Positions 1-9,760 of a DNA stretch of 39,778 nucleotides are shown one piece after another (the first letter of the stretch is position 1; each line of letters begins with the position of its first letter). The stretch is from Mesotaenium endlicherianum (lineage: Eukaryota). The stretch is taken from positions 455,599 to 495,376 of the forward strand of contig WELA01003469.1 in the NCBI GenBank assembly GCA_009602735.1, written 5' to 3'. Under the pieces are notes generated by a model. That model made no database searches. It was not told where the DNA came from and was given only the letters and a program-made list of their open reading frames with translations. The position numbers and the translations under genes are program-made.

Positions 1-1501
1 CAGCCGTGCGTGGGCCGTCGGCACCGCGATCGGACATCCGACCGCGTGGCGCAGTCGGGAGTGCCGCCCCCGGGCTGAAAACATCAGCCGAGTTTGCCCG
101 GTCCTCTCGGGGCGTGCTGGACCGTGCGCACGCGCCACGTGGCAGCGCAAGCGTGCCAGGGGACAACCCCTGGCTGAGCGCGGCTGTACTTATGGCGTCG
201 GCAGCCGGCTCCGTGCCTCGTTCGTACGGCGCAGTCAAGGGCCCCCCCCCTTGACCGCTACTGTCCGTCGCCACCGGTAGATACGTGCCGACTGGCGGCA
301 CAGTTGCAGTCACGGCTGCCGCTGCCGGCGTGACGTCGGCTGCTGGGGGGCTGCCAGGTGGCGGGCCCTGGTCGCTCCTGGGGCTACGAGTCGGATCGCC
401 AGCGTGGTGTTGGCGCCGTCTTCGGCTACCCCGGACGAGCTTCGTCGTGCCCCCACCCTGGTGCGTACGCCCGCCGAAGCCCCAGTGGCGCAAAATGCGT
501 CGGGGTTGGGGTTTTTGTGTGCAGCCAAGGTTTAAGCCCTGGCTGCGCACACCCGTACGTGCGTTGGGAGGACCCTGCACGGAGGTCTGGCAGCACAACG
601 CGGTCGGAATAGCCCCCCCCTGACTGAGGGTGGCTGCTCCGACCGCCAGATCTGCGCTGGCTGGTCCCGGCTGCGCGCGAGTGCCAAGTGGCGGCACGTG
701 TGCGCCAGGGGATAAACCCTGGTCGCGCACAGCCACGGGAGCGCCGTTGGTGCCTGGACTAGCGATCCGCCCGTGCGGCGTGGTTGGGGTTGCTCCCCCC
801 TCACTGCGGATAGCGGCGGCGGCCGTCCGATCAGCGCTGGCTGAGCCGGGCCATGCGCGCGTGCCAAGTGGCGGCACGTGCGCGGCAGGGGCTGAGCCCT
901 GGATGTGCGCAGCTGCGGGTGCGCTGTCGGCGCTTTTGCCGGCGATCCGGCCGCACAGCGCAGTCAGGACCCCCCCTTGCTGACCGAGGGTGGCGGCCGC
1001 TGCGGCCGTCGCTGCGCTGGCCGTGCAGACCTGCGCGCACGCGCCACTTGGCAGCGCGTGGGTGCAGCTGCTGTGCGCAGCTGCAGCTGCCGCTGTGACG
1101 ACGTCGTGGCGTCGCCGGGTGTGCCGTGGACCTGGCAGCGCAGTGCGCTGGGCGCGCGTGTGAGCCAGCGTGCGTGCGTGCATGCTGCTGTCGGCAGAGG
1201 CGGCCCCGCCTGCCGTGCACGTGCCACGTGGCGGGTTCTGCTGGAGCCTGCTGTCTGCAGCAGCCAGCGGGGACCGGCTGTCCCTGCCTGTGCGCAGACC
1301 TGCGCACGGGCGTGCTGCACGGACGGAGAGGGAGGCTGCGGCCGGACCAGCTGTAGCCGTGCACGCCGCCAGGTGCCCCCGTCCCTGCCTGCTAGCTGTC
1401 GCTACGCGAGCTGACGAGAGGCCTGCTGGTGCCAGCAGGGAAGCGCAAGTCAGGATCTCTGTGAGGGACTCGACTGGCGTGCGGGCTGGCCCGCGTGCGC
1501 G
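1..1501 (-). CDS. Open frame (~500 codons, no stop to the window edge) in frame with gag after a single TAG; Ala/Gly/Pro-rich with ~60-aa repeats
   Basis: Manual translation from 1501 to 1 found no stop (RARGPARTPVESLTEIL...GGVLTALCGRIAG...QGSAPAAHVPPLGTRA...QGLSPGAHVPPLGTRA...). It is absent from the ORF track, presumably because it is incomplete. High GC makes long open frames easier to get by chance. Confidence 0.5.
50..1060. repeat. Degenerate ~180-bp tandem repeat array (about 5-6 units)
   Basis: An anchor resembling CAGTCRGG..CCCCCCC..TGAC recurs at ~51, 231, 601, 781 and 961. GTGCCAAGTGGCGGCACGTG occurs at ~682 and ~862, 180 bp apart. The CCAGGGGA..ACCC.TGG block recurs at ~156 and ~704, with looser copies at ~525 and ~886. 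Confidence 0.75.
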
Positions 1502-3111
1502 CTAGCTTGCGCCGGGAGATGGCGCAACTGCGCAATCATGCAGCCTGCCATCCGGCATTCTGTCGGGACTCTGGCTGTCGCTGCTAACAGCTGTCAGAGC
1601 GGTGCGCACAGGGCTAGCAGAGCTGCCTGTGCGGGTGCCTGCAGCTCTGGCAGCGGGCGCTACGTCGTAACGCGGATGTGCGCGGAGCTGCGGTGCTGCC
1701 GCTGAGCCTGATGTGTGCGCTGAAGCTGTGCGTGCGCCAGCTGTTAGTGCCGTGGCGTAGGACGGTGGAGCGGACGCAAGGAGTGCTTTGCACGCGTCAT
1801 AGTTATCGACGTCGACGAGGCCACGGAGTCTAGCGATCTCCGCGTTGGCCTCCACGAGGGCGTCGCTGACGTCGTCGAAGCTGCAATAGTTGGCTCCAGG
1901 CATCAATGCGGCGTCCGTCGTGGCCGTAGCTGCTGTCATCGCGGGGCGGCCACCCGTACGAGGGTTGCGTGCGCCTCGCTGTCCTGCTGAAGGCGTAGGG
2001 CCGTCGCGAGCGCGTCCGTTCTCGACGTCGCGCTTCTTCTGCAGACAAACGATCTGCAGGTGGCCGGCCTTGCCACAATAGGTGCAGTCGCCGGGCTTGC
2101 CATTCTGCGCGAGAGTGCAGTTCTGGCGTGAGTGGCCCGTTTTCCCGCAGGACCAGCAGGGATCGCTCGTAGTGGCAGCCATGGAAATGCGGCCACGCGT
2201 AGCTCCGCGCTGCTGCGTCTGCTGGGGTAGCTGAGAGCGCTGAGGCTGCTGCTGCTGCGACTGGGGCTGGCGGGCAGGCGTCGTGCGCGTCATAGAAGAC
2301 GGTAGCACTGAGGCCTCCTTGCGCACGCCCGTGGATGCTAAGCCCACACGATCGCTAATGTTGCTCCGTGCGGCGGCCAAGCTCTGCTTTCTAACATAGA
2401 GGTAGGCCTGCTCCAGAGAATACTCTGAACCGTGGCGGTCGATGAGGGGGACTACAGCCCTCTCCCTCAGACGCGGCTCGACGGCGCGCAAGAAGATCTA
2501 CGCGGCCTCCCGGTCAGTGACAGTGCCGCCAAGCGGCGGTACATCATGCGGATAGTCTTGTTCTTGCGTCGGAAGAAATGGTGCAGCTCGTACACCTTTT
2601 CTTCAGTTGCAGCCTGGAACTCTGTCTTTAGGATGTTATAGAAGGCTTGCACTGGATCAGCTAGCAGGGTTGCCACTGGTGGGTCACCCACAAGCTCAGT
2701 GCGGGTCCGGAGCTCGGCCTCCTTCTCACGGAAGGTGTTGCGGGCCTCGTGCGAGAGGTAGCGCATAAGCGTGTCGAAGACGTCGCGCTTAGTCAGCGTG
2801 GGGGTCTTGAGCTTTGCAGCCGCAAAGTCAGCCTGAAACTCCGAGATGGTATCTTCCACATCACAGGTGCCTGGCCTACCGCTGAAGCGGTAGGCAGACC
2901 TGTCAGTCTTGACCTCGTGGTCACCTGCCATGGGATACCAGAAATCGTAGTGAGCCCACTGGGGAGATGGCTCAGAAGCAATTGCTGTGTGCTGGAGAGC
3001 AGTTTGCTCTTCTTCGGCGGGTTCAGTGATAGTGCTGAGATCTGAGTCTGAGTCTTCTCCACTAACCTCTTCGTAGTATGGCTGATAAGAAAGCCCACTA
3101 CGGGTAGGCAT
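1502..3111 (-). pseudogene. gag: Gag of element 2 (frameshift and stop near 2500-2520), with two CCHC zinc knuckles
   Basis: ORF 2467-3111 starts MPTRSGLSY and has a retrotransposon-gag-like helical region. ORF 1502-2491 has CWSCGKTGHSRQNC and CTYCGKAGHLQIVC (CX2CX4HX4C). The shifted frame reads VTDREAA*IFLRAVEPRL across the junction. Confidence 0.85.
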
Positions 3112-3297
3112 ACGCTGAAGGTTCTAATTGCTTGCAGGCAAAGAGAGATCTTTTAGAAGTAAGGGATGTGTACTCTCCAGAGTGAGCACCTCAAGACTGT
3201 AATCTGGTAGGAAAACAACTAATGAAGTATGGCCCAAAAGATCACTGGAAGCACATCATGATCTTCAGAGTAGTCCTATGGCAAGGGCTTAAGCTGT

Positions 3298-3311
3298 GAC
3301 TTTGCTCACCA
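3298..3311 (-). promoter_or_regulatory. Putative primer binding site of element 2 (TGGTGAGCAAAG...)
   Basis: TGG begins 2 nt after the LTR-terminal CA and ~200 nt upstream of the gag ATG. The cognate tRNA was not identified. Confidence 0.5.
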
Positions 3312-3313
3312 CT

Positions 3314-4160
3314 TGTGAAGTTCTTCAAGTGACTGGAAGCCTGGAGGGCTTGCTCTTCACAAGAGAGTAACTAAGTGGTCCTGAAAACACAAGAGATTAA
3401 AGTGTAAGCTTTACTGATAATCTCTGTTACTTACACCTGGCACAATGGACTTCTAAAAGATGTCTCTTCTAGGGACATCTCTAGTACTTATACTCCTGGA
3501 AATCCGGCGGGGTGTGCGGCGGATCCAGTGCATGTAGTCACTTTAGGAGGCTCTCCTATGTCCACTAATGTGTACAAGGCATGTACTAGCACTCCTATAG
3601 GCTAAGCATAACTCAGACCAATCAAAGCAAGGTGCGTAGGATATGCTACGTGTCCCTCATTGGCCGAGCTTACCTTGGGTGATTCTACCTAGATAGCGCC
3701 TCAAAAGTGGATCTGGAAATTGAGGAAGCTTCCTCTAGGAGTAGGTGATGCAGTCACCAAGTTATAGCCTCAATGATGCACATATACTATGAAAATGCAA
3801 AGCTTATGTAGGCTAAGGGGCTCGCGGATTTGTGCGCACAAAGCTTGGGGTCACGAAGAGCCAACAATGTCACCTTTGGGGACGTTGAGTCACAAATTGG
3901 GCCTTGGGAAAGTTTCGCTAGAGACCGGTAGGTGACGCGGACTAGATCGCACCTATCTCGCTCGATACTTGACCAAATGACGCGAAATTGGTGCCATTTG
4001 AAAGATGCTTCGACGCGCTACACGTTGATGACTTGGAAATCTAGAAAAGGTCAACATACGGATGCGTAAAGTCAATGCAAAGTTGACCTTCTTAGGTTGA
4101 TGTTCCGCACATGTGGAGCTTGGTTTTTATACGACAACCTCGACTCAATAAATCATGACA
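3314..4160 (-). repeat. Putative 5' LTR of element 2 (~847 bp)
   Basis: Minus-strand ends are TGTCA...TCACA (TG...CA). A TATA-like TATAAGT lies at ~3485-3492 and AGTAAA at ~3410-3415. It is immediately followed by AG-TGGTGAGC. The partner LTR is not in the window. Confidence 0.6.
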
Positions 4161-5300
4161 ACAGTTTTAACCGTAGGATCAATATTAGGCAAGTGGCACA
4201 GCGAGCATTTCTGCACGTGATCTCTTATGGTTTTACCATCGGAACCTTCCGGTTCCAACACACCATTGTCGAACGCATGTTTCATGCGTAAGATTACTGC
4301 ACCTGAACTGGTGTCAATGGTGGTCTTCGTCTGGCGCTTGCGGTAGACGAAGTCTCCTTCCTGGATCTGCGTCACTCGCAGGCGGTAGCTCCCGTCTCGC
4401 GTCCTGGCGTAACGCTGTGTGTCTCTTTTTTGTGCGATTTTCAGATTGTCCAGGGCAGTAGACATCATGTGCTCAAATAATGCCTTGCAGCGTATCATGA
4501 CCTTTAGCAGTTTATCGGGGTTGTCCGGGTCTTTCACCTGCTCAATTTCCTGCTTGATGCTGCTGGGCACAATTGGACTTTTGCAAAAAGAATTTGCGAG
4601 TAATTTGCCAAAGCAGCTTGCTTGCTAAATCTGTAACCCATAACCAGCCATGGCAGGGCCAGATCCCAATTACGCTTGTCATGCTCAAGGCAAAATTTGC
4701 GCAAAGCAGACTTTATGGTTTGCACCATCCGTTCTGCTAGACCATCCGCCTGTGGGTGATCTCTTGACGTAGCGCGATGGTCAATGAAACATCTTTCGAA
4801 GAGTTTCTGAAAGATCCTTGGAACTCAGACCCTTGGTCTGTCAGCACTTTTTGCTGGAGCTCCATGACGTACAATCACACCGTTGAGAATTGCTTCCGCG
4901 GTCCCCAAGCTTTCCTTAGCAGTTAGAGGTACGACCTCTATCCACTTAGAGAAATGCTCAATCATGACTATAATGTACTTATTACCTCGTTTAGACAGCG
5001 GTAGCTCTCCTGCGAGATTGCAGCTCCATCAGTAGCCTAGGCCCATGATTGGCAGAGGTTGCAGGTGTGGGTATTGCTGCGTGAAACCAGCCTTAACGCG
5101 ATCACAGCTTTTGCAGGCCTTGACCACATCCTCACACTGCTGCTTCATGCCCCTCCACCAGTAAGACAGCTCCAAAAGACTATATGTCTTCTTGACACTA
5201 TAGTGTCCAGTATTCTCGTGCATTTCCTGCACCAGAGCTCGCCTCTTGGTGGGTTCTGGCACCAACTTCTCCTGACCAGTTTCTTCAATCTTGAAGAGGT
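4161..5300 (-). pseudogene. pol: Gypsy integrase (zinc-binding HHCC, catalytic core and C-terminal region); disrupted and truncated
   Basis: MHENTGHYSVKKT...YWWRGM...CKSCDR, then LPIMGLGY*WSCNLAG...IEHFSKWIEVVP, LTDQGSEF, HPQADGLAERMVQTIK, WDLALPWLVMGYR, ...CSLCHLPNIDPT. It has a stop at 5029 and several frameshifts, and the first catalytic Asp position appears as Asn. Confidence 0.93.
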
Positions 5301-5559
5301 TATTGCGTTTCCAGCAAAACCATTTAGCCCGATGGCTCACCTGGTCCTTTTCTTTCACCGATAATCCTTCCATGTGGACTCCCGTCTTCAGCCAATACAT
5401 AGTAGCTTGATCTTTCCAGATCTCTGGACTGAACAGGGGAAGAGGCTCAGCTTCTCCTGACGCTACCATTCTAGCCATTTCGGCCAGGCAGGCTGCCAAT
5501 TCTGCTGGGCTGCTCGGATCTTCGTCTTCTCAAGCTCCCGTTCCGTCGTCTGCGGATGG

Positions 5560-6943
5560 GTTGAGGTTCTTGCTGAGTCCATCGGCGTCGTTGTTGAGTA
5601 TACCTGCTCAATGTATCACTGTCATTTGGTACTCCTGGAGCTTGAGAGCCCAACGAGCCAATTTACCATTGAGGTCTCCATTCTTCATCAGCCAGAGTAA
5701 CGGCGAGTGATCTGTGATCAGCGTGAAGGGTCTTCTCCAATGTGCGACAGCCCAAAGCACTGCCCAGCAGCTCTTCTTCGTAGGACGAGTAGTTGCTCTC
5801 CGCTCGGTTGTTAGAGCGCGATGCACAGGCAATGACGTACTCCTCTCAAGGGCTTGCGACCTGAGTGAGTACCGCGCCGATTCCCACACGACTCCAGTCA
5901 GTGTGTAGACTGAATGGCTTGGAGTAGTCGAGCGTTCGCAAAACTGGGACTGTTACTAACCGTTCCTTGAGCTCGTTCATGGCCTTCTCCTGGGCTTTCG
6001 TCCACACAAAAGGTACGTCCTTTTTCAGGAGTTCCGTCAAGGGTTTAGCAATTTTGCTATAGTCCTTCACAAATTTACGATAGTATCCGCTTAGTTTTAA
6101 CAGGGCTTTCAACTTAGAGACGTTCACCGGTGCAGGTATCTTGTAAATGGCTTCAGTCTTTACAACCTAAGGGGACATAGCATTGTTCCCAATCTCATGT
6201 CCTAAATGAGGCACATGTGCCTTAAAGAATCTGCACTTTCCAGGATGCAGCGTCATCTGGAATTTCTCAAGGCGCTGGAACACTTGTTCCAAGTGCTCGA
6301 GGTGCTCTTCTATGGACTTGCTGAACACCACCACGTCATCAATGTATGGTTTTGCAAAATCCAGCCCCTCCAGCACTTTGTCCATAGTCCTCTGAAAGAT
6401 GGCTGGGGCATTTTTGAGCCCAAACGGCATTACCGTCCATTGCCAAATTTCCCTTTGGGCCCAGAAAGTGATCTTACCTCAATCTTCTGTTTTCACAGGG
6501 ATCTGGTTGAAGGCTTGGCGTAGATCAATGATGCTGAACACCTTCCCGGTGGTAGCAATCGCAAAGATCCGCTCTGGTGTAGGCATCACATAGCTGTCTG
6601 GCTCTGTATGAAGATTCAGTCTTCTGTAGTCTCCACACATACGAGTGGCTGTATAATTGCCAACCTCGTCCTTCTTGGCAACTACTACTGTGGGAGCTCT
6701 ATGTATTGAGGTTTATTTCTCAATCATGCCGAGCTTGTGCAGCTCCTGGCAAGTTTTCTCCACACGGTCCCATTCGGTCTGACTGAGCTTATGCGGCCCA
6801 AGTCTGACTGCGTTATTAGTAGTTAGTGTGATCTCACACACACTGGCAGTGGTTCTTCCAATCTCCTCCTTGGTAAAAGCAAACACCTTGCGGTGCTTCT
6901 TCAGCAGCCTTTCTACTTGTGCTCTCTGTTGGGCTGAGACCAT
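5560..6943 (-). pseudogene. pol: Reverse transcriptase and RNase H of Gypsy pol (multiple stops and frameshifts)
   Basis: RT: RMCGDYRRLN, FSIIDLRQAFNQI, MPFGLKNAPAIFQR, YIDDVVVFS, KCRF, HLGH, GYYRKFVKDYSKIAKPLT. RNase H: FSLHTDWS, ASRS, FTLITDHSPL, RWALKLQEY, NNDADGLSR. Confidence 0.96.
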
Positions 6944-7006
6944 TTTCCCAATGGTGAAAATCCCAGTTTCCAGCTGCTTTTCCCCAACACAGGCATCCAG
7001 TATTTG

Positions 7007-9760
7007 CTACTCTTTGGGTTCAGGTGGGGGCTTTTTGCCCTCATCCTGACCTTCAGGCTTTTCTGCCTGATTGTTAGGAGGTGGAGTGGCAGGCTTCGTA
7101 GCTTGCTCCTCCGCTGCTTTAGGCTCGACGGCTTGCTTCCTAGGCTTTTTACCTTTTTCGATGGATCGTTGACTCTCGTGTTGAGTGGGGTATGTCAGAC
7201 GCCTCCGGATGGGCTGCCTCAAGAACCTTTCTTCATCTGCAGCAGTCCAGCTGGTCCCTACTCCTCCCTCTTCACTTGGCGGGGGCGGGTTTGGCAACGG
7301 CCACCCTGCTGGATTTGCTCTGGGGTCAATTGTCCAACCCCATTCGCGCTCAATAGTAGTAATGCGCGCAACGGTTGTGCCAAACTCCTCCCTGGCTAGT
7401 GGCATAACCATCCATGCTTGTGTCAAAGTCTTGGAGCCGCAGCTAATTGTGCGTATACAGCATTTTCTGCTGTCAAGCGGCTTATGGTGCTTCTCAGCTA
7501 TACTGTAATGATCAGTATAGTGGTTGATATAATATTCATTTAAACATAACAGTAAAAATAAGTTCAGCCTGCTGAACTCTAGTTAATAATCAGTCTGCTG
7601 GACTTTATATTTAATATCATTTTAATGACTCAGCCGGAAGCAGCAGGCTGAAGTCAGCTTAAGTCAGCTTGCTGACACGTTCTTTGACAGCCAGCTGACT
7701 TCCGTACTCGGTAGCAGCGAACTGCCTCGATATGCATCTAAGTGTGGTATGCTAGTCGAAGGGCCAGATGACATCCCTATGATGGATGGCGATTCGGGAT
7801 GATGGGAGATGGCGGTGGATTTGGTTAACCGAGGTCCTACCAACGTGGTTAACTCCCGGGTAGGCGGTGCCATCGCACTGGCCGTTGAACAGTAACTCAT
7901 TCCATGTACATATGCTAGGCATTGCTCTCGAGTTCGGCATTCGGAAACGAGGCCAACTCTCTTGTACAGCTTACTGAGAGAGATCTGAATCCAAGGCGAG
8001 AAGCCATTGATACGCACTGTCTTCTAACCTTGCTTATGTATGAGTATACTGATTGCATTATTGATGCTAGTTTACTCGCAATTGAATTACGAGTCTTGTT
8101 CCCTGCTAGTGTGTTGTCCTTTGCCGTTTAACCAATTAACGAAAAATACCATAAAGATTACTTGCTGATATGAAGATCTTTATTAATTGTTAATCGCCTA
8201 TTTGGTAAGTCGATTCATTTCATCTACCAGTTCCCTTTCAGAAACTGCAGATATCCTAGGAGCTGAACTGCCCTTTTCCCACGTTCCAGAGGATGACGGA
8301 CGCACCATGAGAATGTGAATTCCCAGTGCCATGGCTTTGCAAATCAAGCCATCCTCTCCTTCTCTCTGCAAAATCTCCAGGATAGGTTGCGGAGGTGGAG
8401 CCATGGTTCCTTTCGGAACCCCTTCTCTCTGAGCTGTTCCCCTATACTTGAGATAACGCATCAGCATCCGCCTGGAAGGTGCATTCCCTTCTCGGGCCAC
8501 CTTTTTTGATCTGCTTGCGCGGTTGCGAGGATTACCTTGTGTTGGTTCCACCTTAACGGTATAGGCAGCCACTTCCTGTGGCTGTTGTAGCTGGTGGGGG
8601 GTAGCTTCTGGTGCTGGCAAACTGGCGGGTGGAGTGCTGGATGTAGGCAACCTCAGATCGTTGTATAGATCTGATGGGCTGGGCCCCTCCATTATCAAGT
8701 GGTCGATCACCCAGTCATCCGTTCTGAGCTCTTGTAGCTCCAACAGATCCAGCTCTGGAGTAGGAAAACGCGAAATTTCTTCTTGAATCTCCTCTTCATT
8801 GGTAATTGACGGCAAGTCAAACCCTGGAAGGTCTGGCATTTCTGCCTCATCTTCAACTGACTTCTCCACTCCAGGTGGTGTCGACTCTTCATCATTATCT
8901 GTGTTGAAGTTCGCCAAGTGGACAATGGCTGATTGCAGCGTGCTTGCTGCCTTATCCACTTCCTTTTCCTTGTGCTGTCGAGCGTCTGCTTCCAGCACCT
9001 GCTCGATGATCTGCCTCGTAATGGATTCAGCTGTTTGACTAGCTGAACCCTGCTGTTGCCCCTTAGCCTGCGGCTCTAAGCTCACCAAAGCAGGTGTTGC
9101 AAACAATTTCTTGTCCAACTCCTCCTGGCGTTCTTCGAATATCACTTCAAGGCATATGGTCTTTGCAGACCCTCCAGAATATCCTGAGTTCTGGCTACTC
9201 TCTTCAGCCCATTCACCAATATTGCACTGGCGTTCTCGCCCTAATGCTTGGTTTAGATAATATCCAGTTTCTTCAGGCGTTGGCTCAGAAGTCTTCTTCT
9301 CAGACTCTTCTGACATGTCTTGTAACGGTGCTTGCTCTGGTGAAGACGACAGACACTGTTGGTTAGCTTCCCAGCTACTTGAGCTTTCCTGCCAGTAGTC
9401 TCCGCGCCCAGCTGCTCTTGGGCTGAGGTGGGTATCATACCCTGATCTAGCATCTTCTGGAGTCTCCTCACGTCTTGATGTCGTGGCTCCGAGAGGTGAG
9501 CTTCCAAATATCTGGCTGTGAGTGGCGTTTCTCACAGATGATGGGGTGTCCAGCGTATCGTTTTCTGCAGTTGGCAGCGGCGTTGCCTGCTCATGCGCCT
9601 GGTACCCTATGGGTGTATCTTCTCTTTCCAGAGGTGCTTGTAATTCATTGGTCCGGTTGTCAATCCGATCCAACATGTCGTGGCATCTCCTCAATTCAGC
9701 CACCCCAGCTTCCCTGAGTGCTCTGTCTATGGCAACTTCCGCTGCGTCTCTTTGCACACC
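7007..9760 (-). pseudogene. Long acidic/Pro-Ser-Glu-rich linker of the polyprotein between DNMT and RT (function unknown; split by the solo LTR)
   Basis: ORF 8198-9757 is in frame with the DNMT ORF after one TAG (9761). ORF 7007-7426 is in frame with the RT start after one TAG (7007). No recognisable catalytic motif. Confidence 0.65.
7504..8222. mobile_element. Solo LTR (719 bp) inserted in the pol linker, with a 5-bp target site duplication (TATAC / TCTAC)
   Basis: Ends are TGTAA...TTTCA and both termini are AT-rich. Flanks are 7499-7503 TATAC and 8223-8227 TCTAC (1 mismatch). Excising it restores the reading SERELVELRSTISRLTAENAVYAQLAAAPR. Confidence 0.78.

Larger units (their letters stand above)
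1..4160 (-). mobile_element. Ty3/Gypsy-like LTR retrotransposon 'element 2' (5' part only, runs off the left edge), nested in the integrase tail of element 1
   Basis: Minus-strand order: TGTCATGA start at 4160, ~850 bp non-coding, CA+AG+TGG PBS-like junction at ~3311, then a gag with two CCHC knuckles. The integrase-like reading of element 1 ends abruptly at 4161. Gag shares motifs with the element 1 gag. Confidence 0.75.

Noticed and set aside
50..1060. CRISPR-like array
   Set aside because: The units are ~180 bp, degenerate along their whole length, with no constant repeat plus unique spacer pattern, and the context is eukaryotic.
3314..4160. The 3' LTR of element 1
   Set aside because: No visible similarity to 14.1-15.0 kb and no polypurine tract before it. 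It cuts the integrase mid-sequence and is followed by a PBS-like site and a gag.
7664..8017. 117-aa ORF as part of pol
   Set aside because: It lies inside the solo LTR and has no recognisable motif.
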